Assembly (NCBI GenBank): GCA_964187785.1
Contig: OZ076409.1
Span: 57,042,001-57,106,000 of the forward strand
Direction of reading: 5' to 3'
Length of the DNA stretch: 64,000 nt
Origin: Amphiscolops sp. MND2022
Taxonomy: Eukaryota
This document shows positions 1 through 11,237 of the stretch, in pieces. How positions within the stretch are numbered: the first letter of the stretch is position 1; every line of letters starts with the position of its first letter. The notes under the pieces were generated by a model. The model was not told the DNA's origin. It did no database searches and saw nothing but the letters and a program-made list of their open reading frames with translations. The translations under genes were made by a program, and so were the position numbers.

Positions 1-1885
1 AATCTTTCTGGAAATCCTGGAAAATAATTCCTCCATGTTAGGAATCTGTACCCTTTTTGTGGTGATTTCATTTACCTTCCATGAATCCATGGCAATTTTT
101 ACCGACTGGTCCTTCTTCACCGTGATCACAGCCGGACTGACGAATTAATTTTCGTCAATGTTTTTTGCTTTTTTCAATATGACCTTGTTTCATGAGTTTA
201 TGGATTTTTTTTCCGGCTGATTGTTGTAAGTGGATCGGTATTTATCTTCCTTTTTGCAGTATCAATTTTGCGTCTTCCGTTTGCGGTATTTTCACTTCGA
301 GTCCGTTCGCGGTATGATTTTTGTTGAAAGTGTTTTTGAACTTCCTTTTTAGAATAGTTATGTCCGGATTTTCCTTTATGTGATTTTTCTGTTGATCGGC
401 CTTACCGGTATCCAGCGTTATTCCCAAATTCTCTATCCAGTCCAAACCTAATAAAGGATTGGTTTTCTTTGTTGTTACCACCAAGACTTCGAGGTTGTTT
501 CGCTTCACGTTTATTTCTACTGTTGCGATTGTCTTTCCTTCAAATCAAATCCGATTGTCACTTAGATCTCTATATTCAGTTTCAATTGGCTTCAGTGGCG
601 TTATTCTGTTGAATTGTGCTTTCGGTTATAGGTTACCGGTGAGCCGCTATCTGTTATAAATTTGATTGACCGATTATTGACCAATGCGGTAAGTGTGAAG
701 AATTCCGTACCATTCTTTTTCATTTGGCGTATTGAATGCATCTTTTTATTTACTGAATGCCATTCAGTAAATAAAAAAATCCATTCAATATGCCAAACTT
801 ATAACAGATGGCGGCTCACCAGTGGATTGTCTTCGGTGACCAATTGTCCTCTTCCGCACTGCTTGCCTCATTTTCTTGTATGCGGTTTACTTTTTTGTTT
901 AATCTACAGCATTTCGCGTAGAGGCCGATCTTTTTGCATTTCGCACATTTCTTTCCCCTGGCCGGGCATTCGTGCTGATTAGACCAATTAGTTGCTCCGC
1001 ATTTATTGCAGTCTAGTTTTTGGAATTTACCCGGTTTATCCAATGGTTCTTTCGTACTCCTTGTCTTTCTTTTATTGAAACATCGAATTTTCTTCTCGAC
1101 TTCTGTTTCTGGTGAGTCGTTCAATTTCTCATACATGTACTCGTGTAGTGCTTCGGTAATTGGCTCCACTGACATGTCGCTTTTTCTGATTTTTTTCTTG
1201 AGGTCATAATCGCATGTCTCGTTTCCAATTACAGATAAAAATTTTGCCGCCAAGAGTTCCGCTGCCGTTATCGTTTCGAACTCGTAGTTTCTGTCGAGTT
1301 CAAATATCCCTTTCCACACGTCTGCCGCGGACTCTCCATCTTCTCGTTTCAGGTTGAAAAAATCGGCTCTTTTATGTTAGACATTTCTCTCCGGTGTAAA
1401 ATGTAGTCGGAATAATGTGTATAATTTGTATACCAGTAATGTGCTTTTGCTCTCTTTCTCTCTAACCGCTTTGGTCATTTCCGTGATAGCACTATGTACA
1501 ATTGCCCACAAAAATATGTCTTTTATCTCTGTTTTTATTTAATCACGGTAGAGTGGCAGTTATCACGGTGTTTTTTTGCTGTTTGTCATTGTCGATAAGT
1601 CTAGATTCTTTGTCAATTTTATGTACTGTACAAACTTCCGCCACCGCATGTTTGCGTTGGAATAGTCTTGCTTTTCCAATGTTGGAATGGTGAGCTTCTG
1701 AGGTACAAGTTCGTTCATTGGTTCTGTTGAGCGTATCGTTCGCTAGCGGCTGTTCACCTGAGTGTGTTCCCGCCGACGTCCTGTTTGTGGCTCCGTTCCT
1801 TGGAAGGGTGTTTGTGCTGTCAACCATTACATTTTTTTTCGTATTGGTCCTTTGTAAGTCTTATAGTTACTCTGACTGCGCAATG
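1..1885 (-). mobile_element. Decayed Ty3/Gypsy LTR retrotransposon, 5' part (gag, protease, start of RT); runs off the window start
   Basis: Fragmented minus-strand ORFs. 816..1319 has the knuckles CNKCGATNWSNQHECPARGKKCAKCKKIG; 242..508 has PLLGLDW...QKGR. Both are homologous to the intact element at 57179. Degenerate PBS (TTGCGCAGTC on minus) at ~1874-1883. Confidence 0.85.
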
Positions 1886-2319
1886 TTGTATCTCGAATAG
1901 ACGTATAAGAAAAAGAATTCAATGAAAAATGCAATTTCTGTTACTATCCTTTTTTATCTGTTCGTACGAAGTTTCATCTGCACATATGTGGCAGGGCAGG
2001 TATTTAATCTATAAATAACAGTAGTATAAATAAACACCGACAAGAAAGCAGACTTTTTAGTTTATAGAGTCTGAATGAGTTCGTCTGTCCTCTACAAGGT
2101 CAATTCGGAAACTCACGAAAATCCACTTTCTGAGAAAGCTGTCTGTCAATTGAAACTAAATTTTCATTTTTTCGTTGTACAAATCATTTTCGTTGTAAAG
2201 TATGTACTAAAAGTCTTTCCCATATACCCATGTTTCCCCACCAGGCCGATCATAATCTGACCATATTATGGCACCATAGAAATCTTACAAATTTCATTAC
2301 TATGATCTTGCCATGATCT

Positions 2320-2432
2320 GCCTGGAATCTTATATGGTCCAGAGTATGATCGGCCTGGAATCATATATGCTCAAGAGTATGATCGGCCTGGAATCATATA
2401 TGGTCCAGAGAATGGTCAGCCTGGAATCATAA
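2320..2432. repeat. ~32-bp tandem repeat (GCCTGGAATCATATATGGTCCAGAGTATGATCG), ~3.5 copies
   Basis: Units visible directly; the same motif family recurs at 17507-17645. Confidence 0.8.
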
Positions 2433-3067
2433 ATTTTTGTTCCAAACGGGTGTTGACATGACATGCAACCCAAACAAAAATTTTCAAATTTTGGGAACAG
2501 CCAGCTTTATAGGCTAAAAGTAATGGAGCCACATTCGACCTTTTGTATCTGCGAACCATACATTGCAGGTCAGAACTCCGTTAAGCTCTAAGCGGAGTTG
2601 AAGACAAACTATAGTAACTCAATTTGTTCTCAGCCACTCCTTAGTTAATAGTAGTATATGTGCGAGCTGATCAGGTGGGGGGGGGGGGGCTGAAAGACCC
2701 TCCATGTTTTAACATAGGCTATAGCGAGCCGAGAGCCGAGAAGGGTCTTCCACCCCTTTACAAAGCTTGGGCTAATTTTTGCTCGATTCTGATTGGCTGA
2801 CGACTCGTCTTGGGTTTTTCGTGCTCGATTCTGATTGGCTGACGACTCGAGTCGTGTACTTTTGCACGATTCTGACGACTTGACTCACTGGTAATGAGCC
2901 GTGTGATTGTCAATGTATAAATATGTGTTCAATGTATAAAGATCGGGAATAGCTTCGGTAATGTTTTAAGGTAGGGAATAGGGTTTTTTGGCACTGTGCG
3001 ACATTTTCGGCACTGTGACACTTTGGGCAAAATTACAATTTTTGGGTGGCTGCCGCCGCCGCCGAGC

Positions 3068-3160
3068 AATATTTTATCCGCCCGCGCAATATTTTATCCG
3101 CCTGCGGAATATTTTATCCGCCACCGGAAAAATTTATCCGCCACGGGAATAATTTATCCG
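3068..3160. repeat. Five 20-bp subterminal tandem repeats (AATATTTTATCCGCC core), left end of Polinton
   Basis: Exact 20-bp period visible; mirrored at 16814-16906. Confidence 0.9.
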
Positions 3161-3305
3161 TCATAAAGGTTTAGCTCATTACTTGACTACTATACGTTGA
3201 GGAAAAAAATCATGTTTAAATAAAAAAAATTTAAATTATAATGTATAAATGTACTTCAATCACATGTATAAACTGCACTTTACAATAAGCATGAGTTACA
3301 TATAA

Positions 3306-3687
3306 TTACATTAACATCGAGAGTACATTAACATCGTGAACTCCTGTAAGTTGCTCTTGCTGGAACTTGAAGAGATGAAAAGCGGAATATAAGGCATAGA
3401 ATCCGCAGACGCTGGGATGTGACTGCAACTTTACTGGAACCATCTTTTGGTAGTCTTGCTTCAGAAAATTGCATGATCCACCAGGAAGAGTCTGCAAAAT
3501 ACAATTGCTGTTTAAATTTGGCAATCATTACCCAGTGCTCGCCAGACATGTAACTTGGTTCAGTATTGACAATAGCAAGTGTATCATTTGGCAGATTAGG
3601 GACACGATCAGAGTGAAATGAGCCGATGTACCGATACTTGAGGAGAGGAATACGATCAATAATCTGCCGCAATGCAATGTCATCCAT
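3306..3687 (-). pseudogene. Adenain-like cysteine protease (left arm), frameshifted
   Basis: GEHW and YFADS in one frame (3328..3747), QSHPSVCGFY in another (3306..3524). Confidence 0.85.
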
Positions 3688-3688
3688 A

Positions 3689-5031
3689 TTAGGTATTTTT
3701 ACCGACAACGCCAAACTTGTCGACTGCAACCGACGACATTCGTTCACCCAATATAATGACTTCTGTTACACTTTCAAGCGTTTCATTAAAGTTGAGTTCC
3801 AGGCGCAATGGTTCGCCAATCAATTCCGGATAGTGGCAATGTTCAGTAGCGTCTTGCATTGATGTCAAATCAAACACGAGCACATAGTGATCCTTGAAGT
3901 TGTCAATCGGGATTGATGGTAAATCGTCATGAAAGTTCATTGCTCTCATTGTTGTAACATAGAGACGGCAATTATCGGACGTGTCATAGTCAACAACAGA
4001 CTGACCGCCGCGTAGTATTCTAATGTGCCTCAATCCAAACTGTTGATACCAGTATGGAGTTTCAGTAAAGGAACCGTAAAGGCAGAATTTGTATTCATTG
4101 CTATGGCGATACGTCGCATCGGTGCATTGTTGAAAATGTTTTCTTGTATAAATTGATTCTGTCGGGCGGGAATGATAAAAGTCTTGGCAAGTGTTTCCAA
4201 GTAGTTATATTCTACTGGACTGTATGCTAGCATATCCATTCGCTTGTTGTGATAATCGTCTTTGAGTGTAATACGGCGATTATAAAGCGAACAATCTACA
4301 ATTCCAAGGCTAACGTTAGGTTTGTCACTAATCATGTAAAAATTGGGTCGAGTTCTAGTTAGTCGTATTCTAACTTTCATGTTTGGGTACGATAGCTCTG
4401 AAGTGGTGAAAAAATCAACACCCAATTTACCATACAGCATAAATCCGTCAGGTCTGGAGAACATTTTCATTCTCCTTGAAAAGAATGGATCCTCCAAGGG
4501 GTTATCCATAGCGTCTTCTGGATTTGCTTCAAAGTCATAACCTTCACAATGTAGCACTCCCTTGTACTCAGAAATGGCTCCTTTAAAAGTGTTGGAAATG
4601 TAAAATTTATGAGCATAAAGTCCATTTGAATTGTAAATTTGCTGATTGTTTATATAAACTTCCACATTGGAAAAAATGGAGTGCATAATGTTGTTCACAT
4701 GGGTAATTAAGGGAACCTCGTTGTCGTCGACGGTATCAGCCTTTTTATCTTCTCCTTCATTGTGTTCCTTTTTGGCTTCTTTTTTGTACGAATCAAATCC
4801 CCGATGCTTCACCAATTTGAGTACCAAAGACAAATACGTTTGACGCAAATCAGTGTAATTGTTGCGATTAGTTTGAAATTCAAACTCGATACTGTTTTCA
4901 TCCAATGACGTTGTAGGATAAATTTGTTGTTCATGCGACGAAAGTACGTCATCGACAACTGGGACTTTACCGCCAACACTGCCAGAAACGGCCACAAAAG
5001 GTTGGTACCGAAAATTACTTTGTGCATTCAT
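3689..5031 (-). pseudogene. Major capsid protein (double jelly-roll, Polinton PY/hexon-like), left arm, one frameshift near 4075
   Basis: ORFs 4030..5031 and 3689..4033. Motifs IYPTTSL..SIEFEF..YTDL, VNNIMHSIFSNVEVYIN, LYGKLGVDFF and VFDLT are typical of Polinton MCP. Confidence 0.85.
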
Positions 5032-5033
5032 GT

Positions 5034-5393
5034 TTAGCGTGAAATGTTTGTGAAAATGTCTCTGCGCGAGCGACTGTTTATGTTGGTGGATTTTGTAGGA
5101 ATGAATCTGCGCGTTCTTTTGCTACCGCCACCTAGTTGTTTTCTCAACGTCTTTTTGCCAACACTTGTTACAGCCGATTTTAAATTTTTCTTTCCACTAA
5201 TTACTTCTGCCATTTCAGGTACAGCATACTCCAACAAGTCAGCTCCAACTCTTCGTGCAGCTGGGACGATAAATTGTTTAACAAAAAGAACTGCGGTTCT
5301 CCCAATAACTTGAGCAAGTGCTCCAAATCCTCTTCCGCGTTGTCTTGTTACTCCTCTATAATACGGTAGTTCAATTTCTCTTGAGGCAACCAT
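5034..5393 (-). CDS. Basic Polinton core-like protein (left arm)
   Basis: 119 aa, Arg/Lys-rich, with QRGRG and QLGGG motifs; lies between the minor and major capsid genes. Confidence 0.65.
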   Translation of the reverse strand: MVASREIELPYYRGVTRQRGRGFGALAQVIGRTAVLFVKQFIVPAARRVGADLLEYAVPEMAEVISGKKNLKSAVTSVGKKTLRKQLGGGSKRTRRFIPTKSTNINSRSRRDIFTNISR

Positions 5394-5411
5394 TTCGCAC
5401 AGTGTTTATTG

Positions 5412-6215
5412 TTAGTAATGAATGTCTGAAACTTTTCTAAACATTAGCATAAGACGTGTGATTCCAACAGAGACAAATGGAATCTTTTCACCCGAGGTGT
5501 CCCTCAGATCAATATGTATACTATGAAAGGAATTTTTCAATAGGCGACGAAATTGAAGGTTACTAAAAGTTTGGTAATTCATGTATTGTCCAGTAGTGAT
5601 TACGTCTCCGGATTTCAGCTTGGAAATGAAAGGGAAGCAACGCAACAGGGGTGCTTTTGTGTCTCCAACAATGTTGTACTCCACAATATCAGTGTAAGTC
5701 ATTAGCGAATGAATACGAACAATATCGTACGCAAACTTTGGCTCATGAGGTCCCTTACCTCGCATCAAAATCCCTTTGTCGTCTCCAACATCGCCACCAA
5801 ATATATTTCCCAAGTCTGTACTGAAAATGACTAGGCTAGAGTCGTCACTAATGAGTGAAAGTTCAATTTTTTGTGTGCGACGAGATACTTTAACAGTAAT
5901 GCAATTTTCATTGTGATTGTTTCTCTCTTGTATAAGCAAATTCATTGCTTCAACAATGTCGGGTACGGATGAATACAGCCCAGGTTCCAAGTAATAGGCT
6001 GTTGTCGTTTTGGAGTAGATTGCGTCAAAAAATAGAAATTTCCCATCTGTAACATTCTGGTACATTGAAGGGTAGGAAATTTCCGAAATTGCAACCTCTC
6101 ATTGCCCTTCCAAATTGACTTGATCTGGCAAAAAGTTTGTAAATGAACTAAGTGTATTGTCAGGAAACAGTTCAGATGACGCATTAGAGACCAACTCTAT
6201 TGTAAAGGAATCCAT
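5412..6215 (-). pseudogene. Minor capsid protein (penton-like), left arm, in-frame TGA at 6099-6101
   Basis: MDSFTIELVSNAS..FPDNTLSSFTNFLP..LEGQ*EVAISEISYP continues into ORF 5412..6065 (YTDIVEYNIVGDTKAPLLR..IHIDLRD). Confidence 0.8.
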
Positions 6216-6217
6216 AA

Positions 6218-7155
6218 CTAAATGACTCTAATCAACTCCTTTTCATAAAACTTGCCTTTGATAACTTCGCCTTGTTCATCTTGTAATTTTATGTGGGCGG
6301 TTTGCGTGTAGCAAGTGCAACAATTTTAAAAATTTCGTTTGTATATTGCGGCTTGTATCCTTTTCTAAACGGTAAATCTTGCTTGGAAATTCGGACGCGG
6401 TGTCCAACGTGGAACTTTGGTTTGTTAAAGTCTCTGATTGGTTTACTGTATAGCACAGACATAAAGTCAGAGTTTTTAACATTGCTCGGGTTCATATGTA
6501 TTGATCTATTCCTTCACGTAATCAGCGTTGTAACAAATTGAGGCAACTTGTGAATATACTTGTATCCATAGTCTTCAATGTAGCGATACAAAACATTTTT
6601 CAATGAACGAATAGCTCTCTCGGCGAATGCTGCCTTTGTTTCACTCATTGTTGAATAAATCTGTATTCCTTCTCTGTCGCAAAACTTTTTAAATTCACCA
6701 GCAATTTCTTTTCCCTTGTCAACCCAAATCTTTTGTGGTCTTTTCCGCTTTGTAATCATTTGCGTAAAGGCTCTAAGTGCCTCCTTAGAGTCCTTTGTTT
6801 TCAATCCTCTCACGTTTATTGTTTTGTCAAACACGTCCTGGCGAAGTAGCAAGTACTTTATTCCTCTGTTATCCTTTGCCAGTTTATCAACATATGCCAA
6901 GTCCATGCACCAAATTTCATTCTTGTATCTAGCAAACGCTCTCATACGTTTAAACTTGCGTGTTGCAAGTGTAAATTTTGTATAAGAGTCTTTTGAATGT
7001 AAAAACTGTCTAACCTTGGAAACGGGTAGCTTGCTAGCTTTTGCCAGATTTCGCACAGAGCCATATGCTGCAGGACCATGTGTATATAGTCTTTGAAGCT
7101 TTTGTCGCTCAGATTTTGAAAGGGATCCAGTTTCCTTTCTCTTTTGCTTTGGCAT
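6218..7155 (-). pseudogene. Retroviral-like (RVE) Polinton integrase, left arm; nonsense codon at 6514 plus C-terminal frameshift
   Basis: WCMDL, VDKGKE and AERAIR DDE motifs; AGA>TGA relative to the right arm. Confidence 0.9.
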
Positions 7156-7522
7156 TCTGATTTAGGACTATACTAGGAGAAATGTCGGCTGCGTCCAGTA
7201 AAGTAAAGTAAATGTCGGGTATGTCAGCATTTTTTCTACGCAAATGTTGAGCAAAATCTTGCAACAGTACTCCAGTATCTGTACCGTCTAGCACGATAGT
7301 GTTAGAGAGAGACAACTTTATACGTGGGGATGCTAAAAGTTTATCAACCAATGAATCTGCCTTGGCAAACAACTTTTTGTTTATATCCTTTTTCAGCAAA
7401 TCAACTTGGGACGTAGGAGTTTGTTGAGGTTGATATTTGGGTAGGTCCACTTTTAACGTCGTGGACTTTGTTGTGTTTAGCTTGTTGAGAAGTGAAGCAG
7501 GTACAAGAACAAACTGTTCCAT
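7109..7522 (-). CDS. Polinton hypothetical protein upstream of integrase (left arm)
   Basis: MEQFVLVP... ORF, identical in protein to 12451..12864. Confidence 0.65.
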   Translation of the reverse strand: MEQFVLVPASLLNKLNTTKSTTLKVDLPKYQPQQTPTSQVDLLKKDINKKLFAKADSLVDKLLASPRIKLSLSNTIVLDGTDTGVLLQDFAQHLRRKNADIPDIYFTLLDAADISPSIVLNQNAKAKEKGNWIPFKI

Positions 7523-7523
7523 A

Positions 7524-7829
7524 TCAAGACAAGTGATCAATGACAAATGGGGTAATGGTATCAACCAGTTGTAAACCTCTCTCTGACGTCAAGAGATCGC
7601 GTCTCTGCTTCCAATTAGTTCGCTTTAAAGAGAGTAAGTGCAACTCTCGTTTATATTTGATAACGTGATGTCTTTTTACGTTTTGCAAGTTTCCTTTGAG
7701 TATGTTTACTATGCACTCGCATAGAAACCGAATAAATTCTTTTGGACACGATTGGAGAAATTGAATTTTGCACTTGCGGGGGGAAAATGATTGGAACGCG
7801 TGGAGAATAGAGAGATTTTGTGTGCTCAT
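7524..7829 (-). CDS. Small basic Polinton protein (CECIVNILKGN motif), left arm
   Basis: 101 aa open in both arms; resembles a small protein seen next to the ATPase in animal Polintons. Confidence 0.65.
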   Translation of the reverse strand: MSTQNLSILHAFQSFSPRKCKIQFLQSCPKEFIRFLCECIVNILKGNLQNVKRHHVIKYKRELHLLSLKRTNWKQRRDLLTSERGLQLVDTITPFVIDHLS

Positions 7830-8484
7830 CGTCCAAAATTGTCAAGTGCTTCAAACTCTCTGGCACGTAAAACTTTGATGGAGTCTTTCCACTGTTTGTG
7901 CAGTAACGTAATCTATCGTCTGTTCGCAGCGATGAATCAATGAGCAAATGACCAAAAGGAACAGACGTTGCATCTCTGTACCAATCCACGAGAGAGGAAC
8001 CTAGTCCTAGTTGAATACTAAGTGTATTTATTTGCATAACATCCCGGGGCGATTTGAACAATGCAATGTGTGTAGTTTGTAGCTCTATATCGCGTCCGAG
8101 CGTGCTCTTGTGGAACAAGTTGTGTTTAATGTATATAGTACTAAGTCCACGGTGTCTTCCAGCAGTAGCAATTTTGACAAATTCTTTGGAACTGCACACT
8201 TCCTCACAAGAATCGTCAAAAATGAGGAGATACTTTGTTCCGTTGTTTTTCAATGAATCAATCAACTCAAAATTCACTCCCTTGACAAACTCGATACAAT
8301 CAATTTCTTTTTGCATCTTGTCGTGTAGTGATTGATAATATTGGTAAAAGAAATAAATCTTGTCAAATTTGGGTTGAAATGTTCCATTAGTTAACCACTC
8401 GTAAATCAACTGAGTTTTACCAGATTCGCTCCGTCCAACCATTGACATAAATACACGGTTTTTGGTGGAAATTAACTTGTTCAT
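7651..8484 (-). CDS. FtsK/HerA (A32-like) packaging ATPase, left arm
   Basis: Walker A GRSESGKT, Walker B LLIFDD, AGRH arginine motif. Confidence 0.9.
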   Translation of the reverse strand: MNKLISTKNRVFMSMVGRSESGKTQLIYEWLTNGTFQPKFDKIYFFYQYYQSLHDKMQKEIDCIEFVKGVNFELIDSLKNNGTKYLLIFDDSCEEVCSSKEFVKIATAGRHRGLSTIYIKHNLFHKSTLGRDIELQTTHIALFKSPRDVMQINTLSIQLGLGSSLVDWYRDATSVPFGHLLIDSSLRTDDRLRYCTNSGKTPSKFYVPESLKHLTILDDEHTKSLYSPRVPIIFPPQVQNSISPIVSKRIYSVSMRVHSKHTQRKLAKRKKTSRYQI

Positions 8485-8737
8485 AGTCTCGGTGTTGGAA
8501 CAATGACTCCTGCAGCGCTACATAAAATTCCAACCCACACTGTAGATTCTTCACAACTTGTTGCCAAATGAATTCTCCAAAAGCTCCCCAAAATTATCAG
8601 CAAAATGATAAAAAAATTGGGACAGGAACACAATTAGTGACCTAGAGCAAGTTTGTCCCACGCACGTCCACGATTTTCGTTCACTGTTATTTCCGTCAAA
8701 AACAATTTTTTTCCGAGTTCAAGTTGGTCTCAGTCAT
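8481..8737 (-). pseudogene. Small two-TM protein, left arm, frameshifted
   Basis: Reverse complement of 11238..11492 with homopolymer indels. Confidence 0.65.
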
Positions 8738-8850
8738 CTAGCTTGCTAGCGTGAGTGTATATTTAGGAATGAATCTCCTGTGGAAAAAATTTTGGTTGAA
8801 CAAAAAAATTAAATTAGTATGAATGAGTAATACAAAGACGTACAATAAAT

Positions 8851-9305
8851 TTACAAATTGAAATATTGCACAGTCCATTCTCCAAACGCTTTTGCTTTCC
8901 GCTCAGCACAGTGTAGAATTGTCTTGTGTCTGCAGGGATAGCTAGTGCACAGCCAGTCAGTGTTTAAATGTTGAATCTTGGGGCAACCATAGTCATCCAA
9001 GTTTTCCACTTCCTTACCCAGTAATGTACTCAAAAATTTACACTTTTCCAATCCTTTTGCAAAGTACTCGGCTCTGTATTGTCGCAATTCAGCCAACATG
9101 GTGTTGATACGGCTATAGTCTAGTGAGCCACTTTTCCAATCATTTTTTTGTGCAAGTTTTGGGTACACCAGAGTGTTTGATGTGTTGGTTGATAATTTTT
9201 GGGCGGTTTAAAGGAATATCCAAACACTTGTCCGTCAATATAAACACCCAATTCCTTGACTACATTCTTTTCCCCAAGTTCAATATCCAACACTATAAGC
9301 GACAT
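8851..9305 (-). pseudogene. DEDD-like exonuclease, left arm, frameshift near 9145
   Basis: ORFs 9120..9362 and 8851..9168 together mirror 10671..11123. Confidence 0.6.
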
Positions 9306-9307
9306 GA

Positions 9308-9714
9308 CTAAAAGTCTACTAAATTGAAAATGGAGGGAACAAACAATTTCAAGTAGAGACAAAACAAAAGTCCAGTCACGTTACCCAATAAACACGAGTT
9401 TGGACCTCGACCAATCATATAACAGTATCCTTGACCGTTGCCGTTGTGTAAATAAACAGCGCCGGAAGCGTCATATAGTATTGCATGTAGTCTAAACACT
9501 TTGGAAAAACGGAAAATGTTGTCCAAGTGAGAGTCTCCATAACCAATCAATCCTCCAAAATGAAATTCTTGGTCCATTTCGCGTGGAGTGAAATGTTCTC
9601 GTCCAAGCAATGACATACACAAAGAAACAAATTTTTACGTACAGTATTCTTTGTAAAGCGAATTTTCAATCCAGAGTAAAAGCGAAATACTTTGACTAGA
9701 AACAGTACGTCCAT
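9308..9714 (-). pseudogene. HD-motif (PLA2-like?) protein, left arm, frameshift near 9580
   Basis: ORFs 9547..9735 and 9308..9622 mirror 10264..10683; the motif reads LYDA here. Confidence 0.5.
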
Positions 9715-9958
9715 TTCGGGTAAGAAACAACTCAATTATGAATTGTGGATTCATCCAATACGATGCATCGCTTATAGAATGTATCCAAGTAGCTTAAAAG
9801 ATACAATCGTTTAGCAAGTAGTGTCTTGTACTCTGTTAGCTTTAATTCAATTTCAGTATCCTTGAGGTACGTATTATTGCGATAACGATACACTACAATG
9901 TCTACTTTGTCTGTATCAGTTTGAAATCCTACGCAAATTTTACGTCTACCATTGTAAA

Positions 9959-10246
9959 TTGCAACAATTACCAGAGCTCGAACAATGCGAGGACGAACTT
10001 TCTTGCCTTAAATGGACAATTTACAATAGTAGACGTAAAATTTGCGTAGGATTTCAAACTGATACAGACAAAGTAGACATTGTAGTGTATCGTTATCGCA
10101 ATAATACGTACCTCAAGGATACTGAAATTGAAATAAAGCTAACAGAGTACAAGACACTACTTGCTAAACGATTGTATCTTTTAAGCTACTTGGATACATT
10201 TTATAAGCGATGCATCGTATTGGATGAATCCACAATTCATAATTGA
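9959..10246 (+). pseudogene. 5'-truncated Polinton ORF cut by the palindrome centre
   Basis: The frame runs through the 55-bp spacer (QQLPELEQCEDELSCLKW) into the right arm and has no ATG. Confidence 0.55.
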
Positions 10247-10263
10247 GTTGTTCCTTACCCGAA

Positions 10264-10683
10264 ATGGACGTACTGTTTCTAGTCAACGTATTTCGCTTTT
10301 ACTCTGGATTGAAAATTCGCTTTACAAAGAATACTGTACGTAAAAACTTGTTTCTTTGTGTATGTCATTGCTTGGACGAGAACATTTCACTCCACGAAAT
10401 GGACCACGAATTTCCTTTTGGAGGAATGATTGGTTATGGAGACTCTCACTTGGACAACATTTTCCGTTTTTCCAAAGTGTTTAGACTACATGCAATACTA
10501 CATGACGCTGCCGGCGCTGTTTATTTACACAACGGCAAAGGTCCAGGATACTGTTATACGATTGGTCGAGGTCCAAACTCGTGTTTATTGGGTCACGTGA
10601 CTGGACTTTTGTATTGTCTCTACTTGAAATTGTTTGTTCCCTCCATTTTCAATTTAGTAGACTTTTATTCATGTCGCTTATAG
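10264..10683 (+). CDS. Putative phospholipase A2-like protein
   Basis: GGMIGYGDS...RLHAILHDAAG recalls the GxG loop plus HD dyad of viral PLA2 domains; resemblance judged by eye only. Confidence 0.45.
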   Translation: MDVLFLVNVFRFYSGLKIRFTKNTVRKNLFLCVCHCLDENISLHEMDHEFPFGGMIGYGDSHLDNIFRFSKVFRLHAILHDAAGAVYLHNGKGPGYCYTIGRGPNSCLLGHVTGLLYCLYLKLFVPSIFNLVDFYSCRL

Positions 10684-11123
10684 TGTTGGATATTGAACTT
10701 GCGGAAAATAATGTAGTCAAGGAATTGGGTGTTTATATTGACGGACAAGTGTTTGGATATTCCTTTAAACCGCCCAAAAACTATCAACCAACACTTCAAA
10801 CACTCTGGTGTACCCAAAACTTGCACAAAATTGATTGGAAAAGTGGCTCACTAGACTATAGCCGTATCAACACCATGTTGGCTGAATTGCGACCATACAG
10901 AGCCGAGTACTTTGCAAAAGAATTGGAAAAGTGTAAATTTTTGAGTACATTACTGGGTAAGGAAGTGGAAAACTTGGATGACTATGGTTGCCCCAAGATT
11001 CAACATTTAAACACTGACTGGCTGTGCACTAGCTATCCCTACAGACACAAGACAATTCTACACTGTGCTGAGCGGAAAGCAAAAGCGTTTGGAGAATGGA
11101 CTGTGCAACATTTCAATTTGTAA
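10671..11123 (+). CDS. DEDD-family 3'-5' exonuclease-like protein
   Basis: N-terminal IVLDIE..VKEL, then FKPP, H.I.W.SG..DY, NLDDYGCP and C-terminal HCA. Confidence 0.6.
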   Translation: MSLIVLDIELAENNVVKELGVYIDGQVFGYSFKPPKNYQPTLQTLWCTQNLHKIDWKSGSLDYSRINTMLAELRPYRAEYFAKELEKCKFLSTLLGKEVENLDDYGCPKIQHLNTDWLCTSYPYRHKTILHCAERKAKAFGEWTVQHFNL

Positions 11124-11237
11124 ATTTATTGTACGTCTTTGTATTACTCATTCATACTATTTTAAGTTTTTTTGTTCAACCAAAATTTTTTCCACTGGAG
11201 ATTCATTATTAAATATACCCTCACGCTAGCAAGCTAG

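Noticed and set aside
2320..3160. Short regular repeats as a CRISPR array
   Set aside because: Tandem units with no unique spacers, no cas genes, eukaryotic context.
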